Shown piece after piece: positions 6,947 through 10,708 of a DNA stretch of 10,708 nucleotides (positions within the stretch are counted from its first letter, which is position 1; every line of letters starts with the position of its first letter). Origin of the DNA: Candidatus Methylomirabilota bacterium (lineage in GTDB: Bacteria; Methylomirabilota; Methylomirabilia; Rokubacteriales; CSP1-6). A program made the translations under genes and the position numbers. The stretch covers positions 1 to 10,708 of the forward strand of contig JBKPAK010000242.1 of assembly GCA_046726415.1 (NCBI GenBank), given 5' to 3'. The notes beneath the pieces are model-generated. The model did no database searches. It was not told the DNA's origin and saw only the letters and a program-made list of their open reading frames with translations.

Positions 6947-8463
6947 CAGGGCTGGGCCTTCGTCCGGGATGCCGCCACCGCCGATCGGATGACCGAGGAG
7001 GCCAGCCCCCTCAAGGTGGCCTGCTCGTCGTCGCGCAGAACTCTGAAGCCCCACAGGGCCACCAGATACCCGGCGCCGTAGACGGCGCTCGTGACTACGA
7101 ACGACCCCAGCGGGGAAAGCTCGCCCACCCGTCCGGCCAGAGCGGCGGGAAGCGCGGCGACGGCGGCCGCGGCCAGGATACTGCCCAAGCTCGGCCACGG
7201 CAGGACCTGCGGAAGGTTCATTCCGGTGATCCGACTCATCCACATCACCCCCAGCGCCCGGGCGACCGCCACGGCGATCACCGTCGCAGCGGCGGCCCCC
7301 ACCAGCCCCCACACGGCAATGAGCGGGCCGATGAGCAGCCCCGTCACCAGCAGACGGATGGCGTTGAGCGCGAACAGGAAGCGGGTCTGCGCGTACACGC
7401 GAAGCACGCCGTCAACGGCCAGGGCGGGAAGTGGCAGAGCCAGTGAGAGCACGACGAAAACCGGAACGCTGTCGCGGTAGCGCTCGGTGAACAGCCCGAC
7501 GATGAGGGCGGGACCGGCGACGATCATCAGGAAGGTGAGGGGAAAGAAGAGCAGGGCCAGCTTGCGGATCGCGTCGTGCCACAGCGCCACCGCCATCCTC
7601 TCGCGGCCGTCGCGCAGCGCCTCGGCCATGCGGACCATCAGCACGTTGACGACCGCGATCATGGCGAATTCCGCCAGCGGAATGTCCAGGCACCCTACCG
7701 CATAGATGGCGAAGGCGGCGGCGTCGAAGGCGTACGACACGACGTACTGGTGGAGCTTCAATTGCGCGATCTCCAGAATCCCGGAGAGCTGGAAGGGGAT
7801 GGCGTAGGCGAGCTGCCGCCCGAGAAGTCCGCGGTCGGGCACGAGCTGGCCCTTGAACTCCGCGCGGAGGTAGCCGAGCGCCATGAGGCAACGCAGGGCG
7901 GCGAATCCCACGGCGCCCAGGAGGAGCCATTCGAGGTCGCGCACGAGGAGCGCGGGAATCAGGAGGAACGTCGAGCGCACCAGGTCGAGCAGGATGTAGG
8001 TCACCGCCGCCTGGCCGTAGCGCTTGCGCGCGATCAGGGCGTTCTCGAGCCCGGCCGACGTCAGCATGAGGAGCAGGTACACCCCGAGCAGCGTGGTGTA
8101 GCGCGCCAGCTCGGGGTTGCTGAGCCACCGGGCCATCTCGCCGCCGGTGGCGGCCAGGAACACCAGGCAGGCGAGGCCGCCAGCCGCCAGCGCCAGCAGC
8201 GAATTCATGACGTATCGGGCCGCCTGGCCGGGTCGGAGAGGCAAAAAGTACAGCAGGCTCTCGGCCATGCCGAGCTGGCCGATGCAGTAGAGCGTTCCGG
8301 CGATCAGGAAGAGCTGCTTGTAAGTGCCGAACTCCGTCTGATCGAAGATCCGAGCCAGCACCACGGGGATGCAAAAGGCCGCCGCGAAGCCGAGTGTCCG
8401 CCCCGCCATGAGCAGCATGGCCGGCCCGAACGTCGAGTCTGGCCGAACATTGGGGGCGACCAC
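6946..8463 (-). CDS. Oligosaccharide flippase / polysaccharide exporter (Wzx/MOP family), ~490-510 aa
   Basis: About a dozen hydrophobic segments. Wzx-type N-terminus (GRTLGFAAAFCIPVVLARIFDQTEFGTY, GMAESLLYF), mid-protein LAYAIPF...FAIYAVG, LFTERYRDSVP, and WGLVGAAAAT. The start is uncertain: GTG 8475, GTG 8463 or ATG 8418. The track start at 8589 overlaps the deacetylase. Confidence 0.9.
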   Translation of the reverse strand: MVAPNVRPDSTFGPAMLLMAGRTLGFAAAFCIPVVLARIFDQTEFGTYKQLFLIAGTLYCIGQLGMAESLLYFLPLRPGQAARYVMNSLLALAAGGLACLVFLAATGGEMARWLSNPELARYTTLLGVYLLLMLTSAGLENALIARKRYGQAAVTYILLDLVRSTFLLIPALLVRDLEWLLLGAVGFAALRCLMALGYLRAEFKGQLVPDRGLLGRQLAYAIPFQLSGILEIAQLKLHQYVVSYAFDAAAFAIYAVGCLDIPLAEFAMIAVVNVLMVRMAEALRDGRERMAVALWHDAIRKLALLFFPLTFLMIVAGPALIVGLFTERYRDSVPVFVVLSLALPLPALAVDGVLRVYAQTRFLFALNAIRLLVTGLLIGPLIAVWGLVGAAAATVIAVAVARALGVMWMSRITGMNLPQVLPWPSLGSILAAAAVAALPAALAGRVGELSPLGSFVVTSAVYGAGYLVALWGFRVLRDDEQATLRGLASSVIRSAVAASRTKAQP

Positions 8464-8539
8464 GTGGCGCCCCACGCCGCCCGAGCGCTCGGGGGGGCCC
8501 GGTGAAATGAGGGCGCCGCTTCGATTCTCCGACGCGTTG

Positions 8540-9643
8540 CTACCCGGCATGATCCTGCTGGCAGCCGCGCACGAGATTGAAGACGCCATGGACCTGGCAG
8601 CTCATGATGGCCGGCGAGAACCGGCCGAGCGCGTCGACGCACGAGTGCTCCCACAGCATCGTGCGCGAGATCGTGAGGAGTGGATAGCGCCGATCGCGGT
8701 GAGTGCAGGTCGTGTACGCGAAGTCATACCCCGCGGCGGCCACCGCGCGCGCGGTCGCCGTCGTGAAGCGTCCGTCCGGATACGCGAAGTGTCTCACCGG
8801 GGTGCCCAGCCGCGCTTCGATGGCCTTGCGGGATTCGATGATCTCCCCGACCATCCGGTCGGGGTTTTCCTGCGTGAGCCAGGCATGGCTCCGGGTATGA
8901 GAGCCGACGTTTACGCCCGCCCGCTGCATTTCCGCCAGCATGTCCCAGGTGAGCGGGAGCAACCCCTCCGCGGCCGTCTCGTCGGGCCCGACGTCGGCCT
9001 CCAAGGCATCCATGAGGCGGCCCACGTCGTCTCGGGAAAGGCTCCGCAGCAGCAAGGCCAGCGCGAGCACGGCATCCGGGGCGAGCTGTTCCAGCCGCTC
9101 CAGTCCGATCAGCGGGATCTCCAGCGCCGTCAGCAACGCGCGAAGGCCGCGCGAAGGGGCGGGCCACTTGGCGAAGGCCCGCGCGAGGAGCAAGTAGAGG
9201 CGGTCGTGAATCTGCAGCTGGGCGGTGTCCACGAGGTCGGTGACCACGAACACGGCGGCCGGAATCCCCTTTTTCTTGAGGAAAGGCAGCGCATGGAAGT
9301 AGACGTCGCGGTAGCCATCGTCGAACGTGACCGCAGCCACCGGTTCGGTCAGGGCGCCGCGCTCCAGTCGCGCGCCGAGCTCGTCAAGGGTGACGAAGCG
9401 AAAACGCCTCCCGATCCAGTCGAGCTGACGCTCGAGCATCTGGCGTGAGGTGAGCATGGCGGGGATCGCCCGGCGGGCTTCCGACGGAAAGTCCTCGACC
9501 ACGCGGTGATAGCCGATCGCGACCGGCGGCCGGGCTGAGTCGGAGAGCATCCCGATCAACGCATCGGCGCGGGTGCCGGCCAGCGCGTAGGCGATGGCGG
9601 CCTTCACGCGACCGCGGACTCCCCGCGTCTCTCCGGATTCCAT
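8540..9643 (-). CDS. Polysaccharide deacetylase (CE4/NodB homology), 367 aa
   Basis: GYHRV, VAAVTFDDGYRD (motif 1), PAAVFVVT, LTWDMLAEM, VGSHTRSH (motif 2), FAYPDG, AGYDFAYTT. ATG 9643 has GGAG 7 nt upstream (9651-9654). Confidence 0.93.
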   Translation of the reverse strand: MESGETRGVRGRVKAAIAYALAGTRADALIGMLSDSARPPVAIGYHRVVEDFPSEARRAIPAMLTSRQMLERQLDWIGRRFRFVTLDELGARLERGALTEPVAAVTFDDGYRDVYFHALPFLKKKGIPAAVFVVTDLVDTAQLQIHDRLYLLLARAFAKWPAPSRGLRALLTALEIPLIGLERLEQLAPDAVLALALLLRSLSRDDVGRLMDALEADVGPDETAAEGLLPLTWDMLAEMQRAGVNVGSHTRSHAWLTQENPDRMVGEIIESRKAIEARLGTPVRHFAYPDGRFTTATARAVAAAGYDFAYTTCTHRDRRYPLLTISRTMLWEHSCVDALGRFSPAIMSCQVHGVFNLVRGCQQDHAG

Positions 9644-9646
9644 ATC

Positions 9647-10708
9647 TCAGCTCCGCGCGGCCTGATGCACGGCGGCCCGAGGCCACGTGGATGCGAGCAC
9701 GCGTCGGGCCGTCCTCCGCGCCGCGCCGCTGAGCTCGGCCGTCCGCCGATGGAGCGTCCCGCGCGCGCCGCCCGGATAGATGTCGATCCGGCTCAGCTCG
9801 CGAACCTCGCGCGTCCAATCGAACTTGTAGCGCTCGTCGCCGTGAAGAAAGTCGTACTGCCGGGCGCCCTCCTCGAGGGCGCTCTTGATGGAGAGCCCGA
9901 CGATCGCCTGTCCGACCCCGTAGGGGGCGTACCGCGGATCGAACCCCGTCTGGTAGAAGTAGAACGTGTCGCGGTATCGGAAGCCGTAGAGGGCTGCGGC
10001 CGGTTCATCGTCGAGGCGCAGGACCAGCAGCCGGAGCCAGCCGCGCTCGAACGCCAGCCGGCTGAACTCCTCGTGGAAGGCGATGAGGCTTGGCGCGTGG
10101 AACGCGGTGGAGCCACCTCGCTCCCGCCAGCGCATGAGGTGAAGGGCGATCACCGTGGCAAGCGCGGCCGGCCGATCGCGCTCCATCGTGACCCGATCGA
10201 GGCGCACGTCGAATGGCCCGCTGAGATTCCTGAGGCGCCGCTTGAAGCTGTTGCGATGGTGTCCGTCCAGTGTGGCCAGATAGGCGGGCCAGGACAATCC
10301 CGACAGGGCGACGACGGGGCAGACGTCCGTGCGCTGCTCTGCGCAGGACCAGCCTCGGCGGACAAGCCGCTGCGCCAGCCCTCTGGCGAGACATGACTGG
10401 CGGCTCAGCTGAGCAAACGCGACGGCCAGTTTCTGGCCGTCGAGCTGCCGGGCCAAGGTCGCGAACGCCTCCTCCTCGTGTCCAGGCTGGACGATGAGGT
10501 CCAGATAGTCCGAGCCCACGCTCCCCGTCCCGAGAAACTCCAGGGACTGGAAAGGCACGAGCCGACCGATTCGCCGTGGTCCCACGGCGAGCGGCGCCAG
10601 CGCGATCAGCTCGCCCTCACGCCGCACCGCGAGCAGCGACAGCCGTCGCCCCGCCGAGAAGTGCTTCCACCAAGTATGGAGCCACTCCCAGGTGAGGAAG
10701 AGGTTGTC
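9647..10708 (-). CDS. GNAT-family N-acyltransferase, CelD/BcsL (Acetyltransf_6, FemAB-like) type; 5' end lies beyond the right edge
   Basis: The frame stays open from 10627 to the window edge and adds DNLFLTWEWLHTWWKHFSAGRRLSLLAV, the typical FLTWEWxxxWW family start. Further motifs: LIALAPL, FLGTGSVGSDYLD, GWLRLLVL, FYFYQTGFDP..APYGVG, YDFLHGDERYKFDW. Confidence 0.88.
   Translation of the reverse strand, partial: DNLFLTWEWLHTWWKHFSAGRRLSLLAVRREGELIALAPLAVGPRRIGRLVPFQSLEFLGTGSVGSDYLDLIVQPGHEEEAFATLARQLDGQKLAVAFAQLSRQSCLARGLAQRLVRRGWSCAEQRTDVCPVVALSGLSWPAYLATLDGHHRNSFKRRLRNLSGPFDVRLDRVTMERDRPAALATVIALHLMRWRERGGSTAFHAPSLIAFHEEFSRLAFERGWLRLLVLRLDDEPAAALYGFRYRDTFYFYQTGFDPRYAPYGVGQAIVGLSIKSALEEGARQYDFLHGDERYKFDWTREVRELSRIDIYPGGARGTLHRRTAELSGAARRTARRVLASTWPRAAVHQAARS
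9651..9654 (-). promoter_or_regulatory. Putative Shine-Dalgarno (GGAG) for the deacetylase
   Basis: The minus strand reads gcGGAGctgagatATG, a 7-nt spacer to ATG 9643. Confidence 0.55.

Noticed and set aside
4754..7081. 775-aa plus-strand ORF, and the other long plus-strand ORFs (178-984, 779-1945, 2725-3966, 4002-5222, 7576-8505, 8369-9448, 9665-10396)
   Set aside because: They lie antisense to well-supported genes and show no family motifs. Long shadow ORFs are expected at this GC content. The similarity between 178-984 and part of 4754-7081 simply mirrors the two asnB paralogs.

Overview
High-GC (roughly 70% by eye) bacterial DNA that is almost fully coding. It carries one tightly packed minus-strand operon segment of a cell-surface or exopolysaccharide biosynthesis and modification locus. 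In transcription order (right to left): a CelD/BcsL-type GNAT acyltransferase (5'-truncated), a CE4/NodB polysaccharide deacetylase, a Wzx-type flippase, a glutamine-hydrolysing AsnB-like amidotransferase, a GT4 glycosyltransferase, a heparinase II/III-like lyase-fold protein, a class I SAM methyltransferase, and a second AsnB-like amidotransferase (3'-truncated; missed as a full ORF by the supplied track). Six of the seven gene junctions overlap or are <=4 nt apart. I found no RNA genes, mobile elements, CRISPR arrays or notable repeats. The individual families are known. The notable feature is the density of glycan-tailoring enzymes, which suggests a heavily modified uronic-acid/amino-sugar polymer. 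That reading is inference.
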